From: Nemertoderma westbladi
Lineage: Eukaryota; Animalia; Xenacoelomorpha
Direction of reading: 5' to 3'
Assembly (NCBI GenBank): GCA_032718475.1
Contig: JAUCBJ010004832.1
Span: 1-54,131 of the forward strand
DNA length: 54,131 nt
The stretch's first letter is position 1. Each line of letters starts with the position of its first letter. Positions 38,679 to 49,780 of this stretch are shown in pieces. A model generated the notes under the pieces. It saw nothing but the letters and a program-made list of their open reading frames with translations, had not been told where the DNA came from and did not search any database. The position numbers and the translations under genes are program-made.

Positions 38679-39515
38679 ATGGCGATATATTTTGATCACA
38701 AAGTTGATGAGAGTGCTGTAGGAAAGGTGACAACTGTCCAATGGCATTCCGCCTTTCCGTTACTCGCGGTCGCCCGTTACGATGACATCGGGAGTGCCGG
38801 TTGCGTCCATCTGCACCTCGAGGAGGGTGACCGGTTGCCGGGGTGCAACCTCACTAACGACTGCTCCGCCAACGCGCTGGCGTGGCATCCCTGTAGGAAA
38901 GTCCTTACCGCCGGATGGGCCAACGGAGATATAACACTGTGGAACGAGAGCGACCAGGAAACTTACCAACTCACTAAAACGCATTCCGCCCCGGTTACTA
39001 TGTTGTTGTACAATCACCAAGGCAACCTAATGGTTTCCGGGGATTCTATCGGGACTATGGCGGCGTGGAAGACAGACACGCGAGGTCGCAGTCATCACAG
39101 TCCGGTTTACACGTTAGAGCTGGAAGGCCAGAGCTATCTCACTTGTGTGTTCCGCCCCGTTCCGGAATCGGATTCCGACACAAAGATCTCGGAACTCGCG
39201 GCCAAGGCGGTCAGCGGCGACCCGGAAGCCCTGGATAAGTTCGACATCTACCGGAACCGGAAGGTCGGAATTCCGGGTTCTAGAACGCGGCCTCCCAACG
39301 CGGAGGGACTGGCCCTGTTCGTGGGGACCGGGGACGGAACGGTGTTCCACGTGGACGACAAAGGGAAAGCGGAACCCGTGCGGAACGCAGAGGACCCTGT
39401 GCGAACGTTTATTCCGTTGTCCGGGGCACGAGAGGAGTTGCTCGTGGTTACCAATACAATGGTGCTGTCGCGATTCCTAGTACAGCCGACAGGGGGATTG
39501 GATCAACTGTTAAAG
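38679..39515 (+). CDS. IFT140: Intraflagellar transport protein 140, coding exon 1 (N-terminal WD40 region, 279 codons)
   Basis: MAIYFDHKV...WH..FPLLAVA...LAWHP...LAAKAVSGDPEALDKF...DGTVFHVDDKGK follows the IFT140 N-terminus. ATG at 38679; donor AAG|GTGGGA at 39515/39516. Confidence 0.93.
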
Positions 39516-39524
39516 GTGGGAGTC

Positions 39525-40742
39525 AACTCACAGCACCTACAACTCACAGCACCTACAACTCACAGTACCTACAACTTACAGCACCTACAACTCACAGTAC
39601 CTACAACTCACAGTACCTACAACTCACAGCATCTACAACTCACAGCACCTACAACTCACAGCACCTACAACTCACAGTACCTACAACCCACACTACCCTG
39701 TCACCTACAACTCACAGCACCTACAACCCATTGCACATACAACTCAGTAGCACCTACAACTAACAGCACCTACAACTCACAGCACCTACAACCCATTGCA
39801 TATACAACTCAGTAGCACCTACAACTCACAGCACCTACAACTTACAGCACCTACAACCCATTGCACATACAACTCAGTAGCACCTACAACTCACAGCACC
39901 TACAACTCACAGCACCTACAACCCATTGCATATACAACTCAGTAGCACCTACAACTCACAGTACCTACAACTCACAGTACCTACAACGCTACAACCCACA
40001 CTACCCTGCCACCTACAACTCACAGCACCTACAACCCATTGCACATACAACTCAGTAGCACCTACAACTCACAGCACCTACAACTCACAGCACCTACAAC
40101 CCATTGCATATACAACTCAGTAGCACCTACAACTCACAGCACCTACAACTCACAGCACCTACAACCCATTGCATATACAACTCAGTAGCACCTACAACTC
40201 ACAGTACCTACAACTCACAGCACCTACAACTCACAGCACCTACAACTCACAGTACCTACAACTCACAGTACCTATAACTTATAACCCACACTACCCTGCC
40301 ACCTACAACTCACAGCACCTACAACTCACAGCACCTACAACTCACAGCACCTACAACTCACAGCACCTACAACTCACAGCACCTACAACTCACAGTACCT
40401 ATAACTTATAACCCACACTACCCTGCCACCTACAACTCACAGCACCTACAACTCACAGCACCTACAACTCACAGCACCTACAACTCACAGCACCTACAAC
40501 CCATTGCATATACAACTCAGTAGCACCTACAACTCACAGTACCTACAACTCACAGCACCTACAACTCACAGCACCTACAACTCACAGTACCTATAACTTA
40601 TAACCCACACTACCCTGCCACCTACAACTCACAGCACCTACAACTCACAGCACCTACAACTCACAGCACCTACAACTCACACCACCTACAACTCACACCA
40701 CCTACAACTCACAGTACCCTGCCACCTACAACTCACAGCACA
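39525..40742. repeat. 16-bp minisatellite (ACCTACAACTCACAGC) with interspersed longer variant units
   Basis: Tandem array begins ~9 nt after the splice donor. Variants CCCATTGCAYATACAACTCAGTAG and CCCACACTACCCTGCC recur. Confidence 0.95.
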
Positions 40743-40779
40743 CAGTGTGGTTACAGTCTGGGTGGAGGTGAATAATGGG

Positions 40780-41047
40780 CCGTCCGTCTAACTAAACAAC
40801 CAAATCACACTAAATTGACCAAATCACTCAAAATAACTCATCTAGTCAGTCTAATTTTTACTTTTTCAAACTGACAAACCGACTTTGTTTTGGTTCCTTC
40901 TGGCTACCACTGTAATCTGCTCCTTTACTTTTCAAATTTTTTTGTGATTTGTTGTGATCTGGTGTGATTTCGTATCATTCGGTGTGATTTGGTTTTGGGA
41001 TTATTTTGTGTGATTTGGTTTGTGATTTGGGTGGTTTAGAAGTACCT
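40780..41047. mobile_element. Intronic fold-back MITE-like insertion
   Basis: CCAAATCAC motifs on the left and GTGATTTGG motifs on the right. ATAATGGG flanks both sides (40772-40779 and 41048-41055). Confidence 0.5.
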
Positions 41048-41084
41048 ATAATGGGTTATAGGTGCTGTGGGTGAGTGGCAGTAG

Positions 41085-41725
41085 GCAACCTACAGCCGAC
41101 TACCCACAGCAGACAACCCGCAGTACAGCAGTAGACAACCTACAGTCGACGGCACTTGTGTCAAATAGGGAACCCTCCTAATCACCTAAACTGAAGTCAC
41201 GATTGCCCTGTTAGTAAAGGAGCAAGTTACAGAGGAGAGTTGAAAAGAACCAAAACAATAAACGAGAGTTAGGAATATTGTTATCACCTGCTAAATTTCA
41301 GGATTGCTGAATATGAGGGTCAAGGTCCCCTATTTGACACATGTGCCCAGCCGACCACCCACAGCAGATAACCTTCAGCCCACAGTTGAGAACCGACAAC
41401 ATACATCAGACAGCCGCCATGCCAAAGCAGACATCCGACTACCCAGACAGCAGACAACCGACAACAAACACTGACACATCATGAAACCGACAGCCGAAAA
41501 CACAGCTGACAACGGACAGCCGAAAGCCAGCAGCCGACAACCGACTGCAGGCTACCGACAGCAGACAAGTGACAGACGAAAAACACATAGCAGACAGTCG
41601 ACTGCAGACAACCGATAACCGACTGTGTACAACTGGCAAGGCGATCCGCATCAATCAACACACAGCAGACATCCGACTTCAGACAACCAACAGCAGACAA
41701 GCGACACCAGACAGCCGACAACCAA
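41085..41725. repeat. Degenerate CAGACAACCGACA-type short-period repeat region
   Basis: Recurrent CAGCAGACAACC / CAGCCGAC motifs, interrupted by a MITE. Confidence 0.7.
41151..41347. mobile_element. 197-bp MITE with ~24-bp TIRs and 8-bp TSD (Merlin- or Mutator-like)
   Basis: TIRs GGCACTTGTGTCAAATAGGGAACC / GGTCCCCTATTTGACACATGTGCC. Flanks CAGTCGAC (41143-41150) and CAGCCGAC (41348-41355) differ by one base. Confidence 0.8.
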
Positions 41726-41921
41726 CAGGATACAAGCGATAGCCTTTAACGACGTAACGTTTACATCCGTAGCTAACCTTACCTTAAATAGAACTATCAG
41801 TAACTCTAACTCGTTGCTCTAATCTATATTAAATTGTGGCATTTCGCATGTTCTATTGGACTATTGGCCCTGTGAAATAGCGAATTATATTTGGCGTTGA
41901 ACGTCCGGCTTTTACTTGCAG

Positions 41922-44900
41922 GTGAAACTTGGCGGTAAGTCTCGAGATCGACTCCCAGCGGTGGTGGGACTCGGTGGTGCTGTTCTGGCGACCGCAGCTG
42001 AGGAACCCATGGTGCGGATATGGGACCTCGACGCAGACGAGAACTACATACTAACCATGGATGAGAAACTCGGTTACAACGCTAAGGACATAATAGTGGC
42101 GATGGATTACTCGTTGGCGACAAACTCCCTGGCGGCTGGGACATCGAGCGGGACGCTGGTTATATGGAAGAACTCGGCTCAATCGGTAAGTGGTGACTCG
42201 AGTAGTCAATGGAAGCAACTTCCGGCGATATCGACGGGTGGGACGACGGTGGATGCGCTACACTGGGGGTCGAACCGGGGCCTCCTGGTTGCAGTGGCTC
42301 CCGCCGAGGGGACCATCGTCTACTCCGAACAGCTGATGCGCTGCAGTTTCTGCCAGGGGATGTCCGCCGTGCAGACAGGCCCAACCGACATCATGGTCTG
42401 TCTGTTCCCCTCAGGAAACACAGTCAACGTATCCACCAACGATCTCCAGATAAAAGGAGTTTTCTGTTCCAAAGACGGTTTCGTCGTTTGGAATGGCAAA
42501 CAGCTGATGGTGTTTAGCTTAGAGGCTGGTGTTGTGAGCGAGCAGTCCTGCTTCGCTACCAGCACCGAGGTAGCAGCCCTCTACGAGCAGACTGTGTTCA
42601 CCACGGAACCCGGGAAAATACAAGTGCGGAACGTGCAGGGAACGGTGAAGAACCAGGTGGTTCTCGGGGAACAGGAGGGGGACGTTGTCTCGCTGCAGGT
42701 GAACTGTTCCTCACTGGTCGCGGGAACCGACAAGGGGTTCCTCGTCTGCTACGATTTGGGTCGCCGGGAACTCCGGAAACTCGCCGCTTCCGAGAACTTG
42801 GCGCAGCGCGTCAACAACTTCTCTAAACTCGAGTCCGTCGCTATAGATTGCAGCGGGAGTAAAGTGTCGGCCCTGGTGCAGCGACTAGGTAGACCCGACC
42901 CGAGGTTATACGTCTGGGACATCGAGACCGACACCATGCAATACTTTGACTTCTCCACCGGGACCGGAAGTAGCGAGGCGTCATCGCGGGAGGACGAGCA
43001 CTACGACTCGTTGCGTAGCGCGGTTAGCGGCCGAGTTCCCACCGCGCACCATTGGGACCCGCGCGACGAGCGCCTCCTGGTGGTCGAGGTGGAACTCGCC
43101 GCCAACGTGAGCGCCTCGGTGGTCTCCTTCCTGGTCTCCGCCGAGGCCGGTATGAGTATCAGCGACGTGGTCCCCAAGGAGGAGGTCTACGTTGATCTTT
43201 TGGGGGTCCAACTGCCGTTCCTTTACTTCGTGTGTCGCGCCGCCGATGTGTCGCCGCCAGGGGGCGTCGCGAATAAATCGCAGACGGTCCGTCGGATCCT
43301 GGGGGATTTCGTGGGACTGGATGACGGCGACGACGTACAGGTCCGCGCCGTAACCGATTTCAGTTACTACGTCGCCCTAGGCAACATGGACGAAGCATTC
43401 AAAGCGATTAAACTCATTAAAAACGAGTCGGTTTGGGAGAATATGGCGCGAATGTGTGTGAAGTCCCGTCGGTTAGACGTAGCTAAGGTCTGTCTCGGTA
43501 ACATGGGTAACGCGCGCGCGGCGCGGGCGTTGCGGGAAGCGGAACAGGAGCCGGAGGTGGAGGCGCGAGTCGCGATACTCGCCATACATCTCGGGATGCT
43601 CGAGGAAGCCGAGGACATGCTGCGTCGATGTCGCCGATTCGATCTGCTGAACCGCCTCTTCCAGGCGACCGGCAACTGGAAGGAAGCCATAGAGACCGCC
43701 GAGACCGGTGACAGAATCCATCTCAAGGCGACTTACTACAACTACGCCAAGGACCTGGAGGCTGTCGGGAACTACCAGGCCGCGATCAGGAACTATGAGA
43801 AGTCCAACACTCACAAGTTCGAGGTGCCGCGACTCCTTCACGATACCCCGGAAGAGTTGGAGAAGTACGCGGTGCAATCCAATGACAAGGACGTTCAGAG
43901 ATGGTGGGCCAAGTTCCTGGAGAGTTCACAGGACTTAGAGGAAGCCCTGAGGTACTACCAGATAGCCGAGGATTGGCTCGCGATGGTCCGAGTCTACTGT
44001 TACCTTGGCGACATGTCTAAAGCAGCTAAAATAGCGACGGACTCTAAAGACCGCGCCGCTTGTTATCATCTGGCGCGGCAACACACCAACAATGGGAACA
44101 CCAAGGAGGCCGTTAACTTCTACTCGATGGCGCGTTCCTATGGGAACGCGATACGTTTGTGCACGGAGACCGTTGGCATGGAGGACCAGCTGTTAAACCT
44201 GGCCATCCTGGGCACCAAGGAGGACATGGAACAGGCCGCTAAGTTCTATGAGCAGAAACAATCCACCATGGACAAAGCCATAATGCTGTACCACAAGGCG
44301 GGGAACATATCCAAGGCGATGGAACTGAGTTTCCAAGCGGAACGTTTCGGCGCGTTGGAACTAATAGCGGACGATCTGGACGTGAACGCCAATCCCGAGC
44401 TGCTCAACCGCTGCGCTCAATTCTTCTTGGAGAACAAACAGTACGATAGAGCGGTGGATCTATTGGTAACCGCGAAGCGATATAAGGAAGCCATCGAGTT
44501 GTTAGTCAATCATAATATAACCATCACGGAAGAACTCGCGGAGAAGATGACCATCCCTAAGGAAGATGACACTGTTAGTAAGGAGATGCGTAAGGAACTA
44601 CTGGAGAAGGTTGGCGAGAGTTGTTTAAGACAAGGCGCCTACTTACTCGCTTCTAAGAAGTTCACCCAAGCTGGGAACAGGTTGAACGCGATGAAAGCTC
44701 TACTCCGTTCCGGCGACACCGAGAAAGTTATATTTTTTGCGAACGTATCTAGGCAACGAGAGGTCTACATTCTCGCCGCCAATTACTTACAGACTCAAGA
44801 CTGGCGCGCTGACCCCGAAATCATGAAGAACATCATAACTTATTACAAGAAGGGAAAAGCGTTGGATTCGTTGGCTGGTTACTACGAGGCGTGCGCCCAA

Positions 44901-45455
44901 GTGGAGGTCGACGACTTCCAGAACTACGACAAGGCGTTGGGGGCCCTGAGGGAGGCCCACAAGTGTCTGGGGGAAGCCAAGATGGCCAGCGAGTCGGAGA
45001 AAGAGAGGCGAGTAGAGGCCATCCTCGCTAAAACCGAACTGGTTTCGCGATTCCTTCGCGTGCGGGAAGTTTATTCGGCGTCACCCGACTCGGCTATCGC
45101 GAGTCTCCAGGAGATGTTGGACGTACCGGACGTTAACAGTTCGATTCGCGTTGGCGACATGTACGGGATGATGGTGGAACACTTCCATACGACCGGGAAC
45201 GATAAACAGGCCTACCAGACGGTGGAGGAAGCCATCAGACGGATTCCAACCAATAACGTTCTCTTGTACATCGATATCAACACTATCGGTAGTATCTACG
45301 GTAACCTGGGGTTGACCATCCCCACCATCGTGAGGGCCCAGTCCAGCGCGCACACAATGGCCGTGGAGGTTGTGGATCAGGAGGGTGATGATGATGGGGA
45401 AGAAGGATTCGTTGAGGAGGCTGTAGACGATGAGGTAGATGATGGTGGTTTCTGA
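41922..45455 (+). CDS. IFT140: Intraflagellar transport protein 140, coding exon 2 (WD40 + TPR-like region, 1177 aa + stop)
   Basis: GNMDEAFKAIKLIKNESVWENMARMCVKSRRLDVAKVCLGNMG, DRIHLKATYYNYA, AACYHLAR, KKFTQAGN, YILAANYLQ, ACAQVEVDDFQNYDKALGAL and an acidic tail. Spliced total ~1456 aa. Confidence 0.97.
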   Translation: MKLGGKSRDRLPAVVGLGGAVLATAAEEPMVRIWDLDADENYILTMDEKLGYNAKDIIVAMDYSLATNSLAAGTSSGTLVIWKNSAQSVSGDSSSQWKQLPAISTGGTTVDALHWGSNRGLLVAVAPAEGTIVYSEQLMRCSFCQGMSAVQTGPTDIMVCLFPSGNTVNVSTNDLQIKGVFCSKDGFVVWNGKQLMVFSLEAGVVSEQSCFATSTEVAALYEQTVFTTEPGKIQVRNVQGTVKNQVVLGEQEGDVVSLQVNCSSLVAGTDKGFLVCYDLGRRELRKLAASENLAQRVNNFSKLESVAIDCSGSKVSALVQRLGRPDPRLYVWDIETDTMQYFDFSTGTGSSEASSREDEHYDSLRSAVSGRVPTAHHWDPRDERLLVVEVELAANVSASVVSFLVSAEAGMSISDVVPKEEVYVDLLGVQLPFLYFVCRAADVSPPGGVANKSQTVRRILGDFVGLDDGDDVQVRAVTDFSYYVALGNMDEAFKAIKLIKNESVWENMARMCVKSRRLDVAKVCLGNMGNARAARALREAEQEPEVEARVAILAIHLGMLEEAEDMLRRCRRFDLLNRLFQATGNWKEAIETAETGDRIHLKATYYNYAKDLEAVGNYQAAIRNYEKSNTHKFEVPRLLHDTPEELEKYAVQSNDKDVQRWWAKFLESSQDLEEALRYYQIAEDWLAMVRVYCYLGDMSKAAKIATDSKDRAACYHLARQHTNNGNTKEAVNFYSMARSYGNAIRLCTETVGMEDQLLNLAILGTKEDMEQAAKFYEQKQSTMDKAIMLYHKAGNISKAMELSFQAERFGALELIADDLDVNANPELLNRCAQFFLENKQYDRAVDLLVTAKRYKEAIELLVNHNITITEELAEKMTIPKEDDTVSKEMRKELLEKVGESCLRQGAYLLASKKFTQAGNRLNAMKALLRSGDTEKVIFFANVSRQREVYILAANYLQTQDWRADPEIMKNIITYYKKGKALDSLAGYYEACAQVEVDDFQNYDKALGALREAHKCLGEAKMASESEKERRVEAILAKTELVSRFLRVREVYSASPDSAIASLQEMLDVPDVNSSIRVGDMYGMMVEHFHTTGNDKQAYQTVEEAIRRIPTNNVLLYIDINTIGSIYGNLGLTIPTIVRAQSSAHTMAVEVVDQEGDDDGEEGFVEEAVDDEVDDGGF

Positions 45456-45666
45456 TTGTCGCCATGGTGAAGTCGGTTATTGCCTTTCACTTAATTATTA
45501 TTTTGCAATGTAGTTTTATTTAATTCCCCTTAACAATGTTTCCCACTGCTGTAATGTGTACCGGTATCTATTTTGGGTCTAAAAAATCCCTCAAATATAT
45601 TCCGCTCGGTCTAAAATGTAACTCAGATAAATTATAAATACCCTACCAAGCGGATGATGTACTGGA

Positions 45667-46640
45667 TACGGTACGGTTCGGGGCATGGTACGGTACGGGG
45701 TGCTGCACGGGGTATGGTACGGGGTACGGTACGGGGTATGGTACGGGGTACGGTACGGGGTATGGTACGGGGTACGGTAAGGGGTACTTTAGGGGTACGG
45801 TACGGGGTACTGTACGGGGTACGGTACGGGGTATGGTGCGGGGTACGGTAAGGGGTACTTTAGGGGGACGGTACGGGGTATGGTACGGGGTACGGTACGG
45901 GGCATGGTACGGTACGGGGTGCTGCGCGGGGTATGGTACGGGGTACGGTACGGGGTATGGTACGGGGTACGGTACGGGGTATGGTACGGGGTATGGTACG
46001 GGGTACGGTACGGTACGGGGTATGGTACGGTACGGGGTATGGTACGGGATACGGTACGGGGTATGGTACGGGGTACGGTACGGTACGGGGTACGGTACGG
46101 TACGGGGTACGGTACGGGGTATGGTACGGGGTACGGTACGGGGTACTGTACGGGGTATGGTACGGGGTACGGTACGGGGTACTGTACGGGGTATGGTACG
46201 GGGTACGGTACGGTGTACGGTAGGTGTACGGTACGGGGTACGGTACGGGGTATGGTACTGGGTACAGTACGGGGTACGGTACGGGGTATGGTACGGGGTA
46301 TGGTACGGGGTACGGTACGGGGTATGGTACGGGGTACGGTACGGGGTATGGTACGGGGTACGGTACGGGGTATGGTACGGGGTATGGTACGGGGTATGGT
46401 ACGCGGTACGGTACGGGGTATGGTACGGGGTACGGTACGGGGTATGGTACGGGGTACGGTACGGGGTATGGTACGGTACGGGGTACGGTACGCTACGGTA
46501 CGGTACGGACGGTACGGTACGGTACGGTACGGTACGGTACGGTACGGTACGGTACGGTACGGTACGGTACGGTACGGTACGGTACGGTACGGTACGGTAC
46601 GGTACGGTACGGTACGGTACGGTACGGTACGGGGTATGGT
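45667..46640. repeat. G-rich GGTAC / GGTACGGGGTAY simple satellite
   Basis: 12-bp units grade into pure (GGTAC)n at ~46511-46630. Confidence 0.96.
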
Positions 46641-47271
46641 CATTATTTAATGTAAATCGCGTTTCTAAAAAGTCAAAATTACAAGTGTGTTAATAATTAA
46701 TGTTACTCAATGCGAGAGTGTGAGAAAGAACCAACCATCGTTGCTATGGAGATAACTAATGGGGGTCATGTTATTATATTAAATTGCCTCTACCTAATAA
46801 ATACTCTGTCCCCAAACTCAGACAGAAATTCCGATCTCGGGGGAAGTTTATCTAACCCAATGGCAATAAATTGTCTAACCAAAAATATATCGTTTATCTT
46901 TTTCGCTGCTAATGATTCGATTCGATTGCTAATAATAGTAGCCATTTTTATAGTTTAAAATAATTCTGTGTAATAAATATATTTGATATAATATTTGTTT
47001 ATTTTTTATTTTTTTGCATATCTACTAGTTGATGTATATATTTTTTTTCTAACCTTGTTTTCAGTGTATATATAAATGATATTGTACAGTTCAGGCTTAT
47101 TTATATATATGTTGTATTGGATGTCCATCGTCTGTATCTATGTAGTCAGTCATATATATAACACGCAACGTTTGCCGCCAACCTTGTCTTAAATTTTCAC
47201 GGCAAATTCATTGCCTTACTAGCTGCTGTCCCTGTTATGCAGCAATGCCAGAGCTAGTCGGCGGTCGTGGT

Positions 47272-48582
47272 ACCCACTACCCAGATATAAATCCCCTAGT
47301 GGATCTGGTGTCGAACCCACTACCCAGATATAAATCCCCCAGTAGCTCTGGTGTCGAACCCACTACCCCGATATAAATCCCCTAGTGGCTCTGTGTCGAA
47401 CCCACTACCCAAATATAAATCCCCTGGTGGCTCTGTGTCGAACCCACTACCCAGATATAAATCCCCTAGTGGCTCTGGTGTCGAACCCACTACCCAAATA
47501 TAAATCCCCTAGTGCCTCTGTGTCGAACCCACTACCCAAATATAAATCCCCTAGTGGCTCTGTGTCGAACCCACTACCCAGATATAAATCCCCTAGTGGC
47601 TCTGGTGTCGAACCCACTACCCAGATATAAATCCCCTAGTGGCTCTGTGTCGAACCCACTACCCAGATATAAATCCCCTAGTGGCTCTGGTGTCGAACCC
47701 ACTACCCAGATATAAATCCCCTAGTGGCTCTGGTGTCGAACCCACTACCCAGATATAAATCCCCTAGTGGCTCTGGTGTCGAACCCACTACCCAGATATA
47801 AATCCCCTAGTGGCTCTGGTGTCGAACCCACTACCCAGATATAAATCCCCTAGTGGCTCTGTGTCGAACCCACTACCCAAATATAAATCCCCTAGTGCCT
47901 CTGTGTCGAACCCACTACCCAAATATAAATCCCCTAGTGGCTCTGTGTCGAACCCACTACCCAGATATAAATCCCCTAGTGGCTCTGGTGTCGAACCCAC
48001 TACCCAGATATAAATCCCCTAGTGGCTCTGTGTCGAACCCACTACCCAAATATAAATCCCCTAGTGGCTCTGTGTCGAACCCACTACCCAGATATAAATC
48101 CCCTAGTGGCTCTGTGTCGAACCCACTACCCAAATATAAATCCCCTAGTGGCTCTGTGTCGAACCCACTACCCAGATATAAATCCCCTAGTGGCTCTGGT
48201 GTCGAACCCACTACCCAGATATAAATCCCCTAGTGGCTCTGTGTCGAACCCACTACCCAGATATAAATCCCCTAGTGGCTCTGGTGTCGAACCCACTACC
48301 CCGATATAAATCCCCTAGTGGCTCTGGTGTCGAACCCACTACCCAGATATAAATCCCCTAGTGGCTCTGGTGTCGAACCCACTACCCAGATATAAATCCC
48401 CTAGTGGCTCTGGTGTCGAACCCACTACCCAGATATAAATCCCCTAGTGGCTCTGTGTCGAACCCACTACCCAGATATAAATCCCCTAGTGGCTCTGGTG
48501 TCGAACCCACTACCCAGATATAAATCCCCTAGTGGCTCTGGTGTCGAACCCACTACCCAGATATAAATCCCCTAGTGCCTCT
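47272..48582. repeat. 42/43-bp satellite, ~31 copies
   Basis: GTGTCGAACCCACTACCCARATATAAATCCCCTAGTGGCTCT(G), near-identical copies. Confidence 0.97.
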
Positions 48583-48789
48583 GGGACCTGATAAATTATC
48601 TTTTTCTTCTGGCCCATTTTTATACACAAATTATTTATTTTTTTTAATTAGAATTTTTATGGTTATTTATGGCTTTTTTGCTCGAATATACCCCAAAAAC
48701 GGGTGAAAATGTTTGCATTGATTTTACTTTTTTCGCGTTAATTCAGCTAAACGTATTGGTCGTTTTAGTAGAGAAGAAGTGGATATAAA

Positions 48790-49780
48790 TATAACAAACA
48801 TACACACTACAGACGCACCACAGACGCACCACAGGGTGACCTAATAAAGTATAACAAACATACACACTACAGACGCACCACAGGGTGACCTAATAAAGTA
48901 TAACAAACATACACACCACAGACGCACCACAGGGTGACCTAATAAAGTATAACAAACATACACACCACAGACGCACCCACAGGGTGACCTAATAAAGTAT
49001 AACAAACATACACACTACAGACGCACCACAGGGTGACCTAATAAAGTATAACAAACATACACACCACAGACGCACCACAGGGTGACCTAATAAAGTATAA
49101 CAAACATACACACTACAGACGCACCCACCACAGGGTGTCCTAAGACTTATCTAACAAACATACACACTACAGACGCACCCACCACAGGGTGACCTAAGAC
49201 TATCTAACAAACATACACACTACAGACGCACCCACCACAGGGTGACCTAAGACTATCTAACAAACATACACACTACAGACGCACCCACCACATGGTGACC
49301 TAAGACTATCTAACAAACATACACTCTACAGACGCACCACAGGGTGACCTAAGACTATCTAACAAGCATACACACCGAGACGCGGTGCGTCTAGGTATAT
49401 GTTTGTTAGATAGTAGCCCACCCTGTGGTGGGTGACACTACAGACGCACCCACCACAGGGTGACCTAATAAAGTATAACAAACATACACACTACAGACGC
49501 ACCACAGGGTGACCTAATAAAGTATAGCAAACATACACGCTACAGACGCACCCACCACAGGTTGACCTAAGACTATCTAACAAGCATACACACCGAGACG
49601 CGGTGCATCTAGGTATATGTTTGTTAGATAGTAGCCCACCCTGTGGTGGTGCGTCTGGGTGTGTATGTTTGTTATACTTTATTAGGTCACCCTGTGGTGC
49701 GTCTGTAGTGTCACCCACCACAGGGTGAGCTACTATCTAACAATACACCCATATACCCAGACACACCACATGGTGGTGCT
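48790..49780. repeat. ~49-bp satellite with internal inversions
   Basis: ATAACAAACATACACACTACAGACGCACCACAGGGTGACCTAATAAAGT in tandem. Reverse-orientation units at ~49385-49435 and ~49605-49712. Confidence 0.92.

Larger units (their letters stand above)
39516..41921 (+). other. IFT140: Single phase-0 GT-AG intron of IFT140 (2406 bp)
   Basis: GT at 39516 and TTTTACTTGCAG ending at 41921. Splicing yields ...DQLLK|VKLGGK..., collinear with the EEVMKVKLSGK I recall for human IFT140. Confidence 0.9.

Noticed and set aside
39516-39815. C-terminal extension of the 380-aa ORF
   Set aside because: Read-through into an intronic minisatellite; IFT140 homology resumes at 41922.
41916-41921. TTG start of the 1179-aa ORF as a separate gene
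   Set aside because: TTGCAG is the splice acceptor; the ORF is exon 2 of IFT140.
42160-45465. Antisense and alternate-frame ORFs over IFT140 (likewise over KCTD)
   Set aside because: Expected shadows of GC-rich coding sequence, with no recognisable domains.
45654-46693. GYGT/VRYGT repeat proteins
   Set aside because: Translations of a GGTAC simple repeat that is open on both strands.
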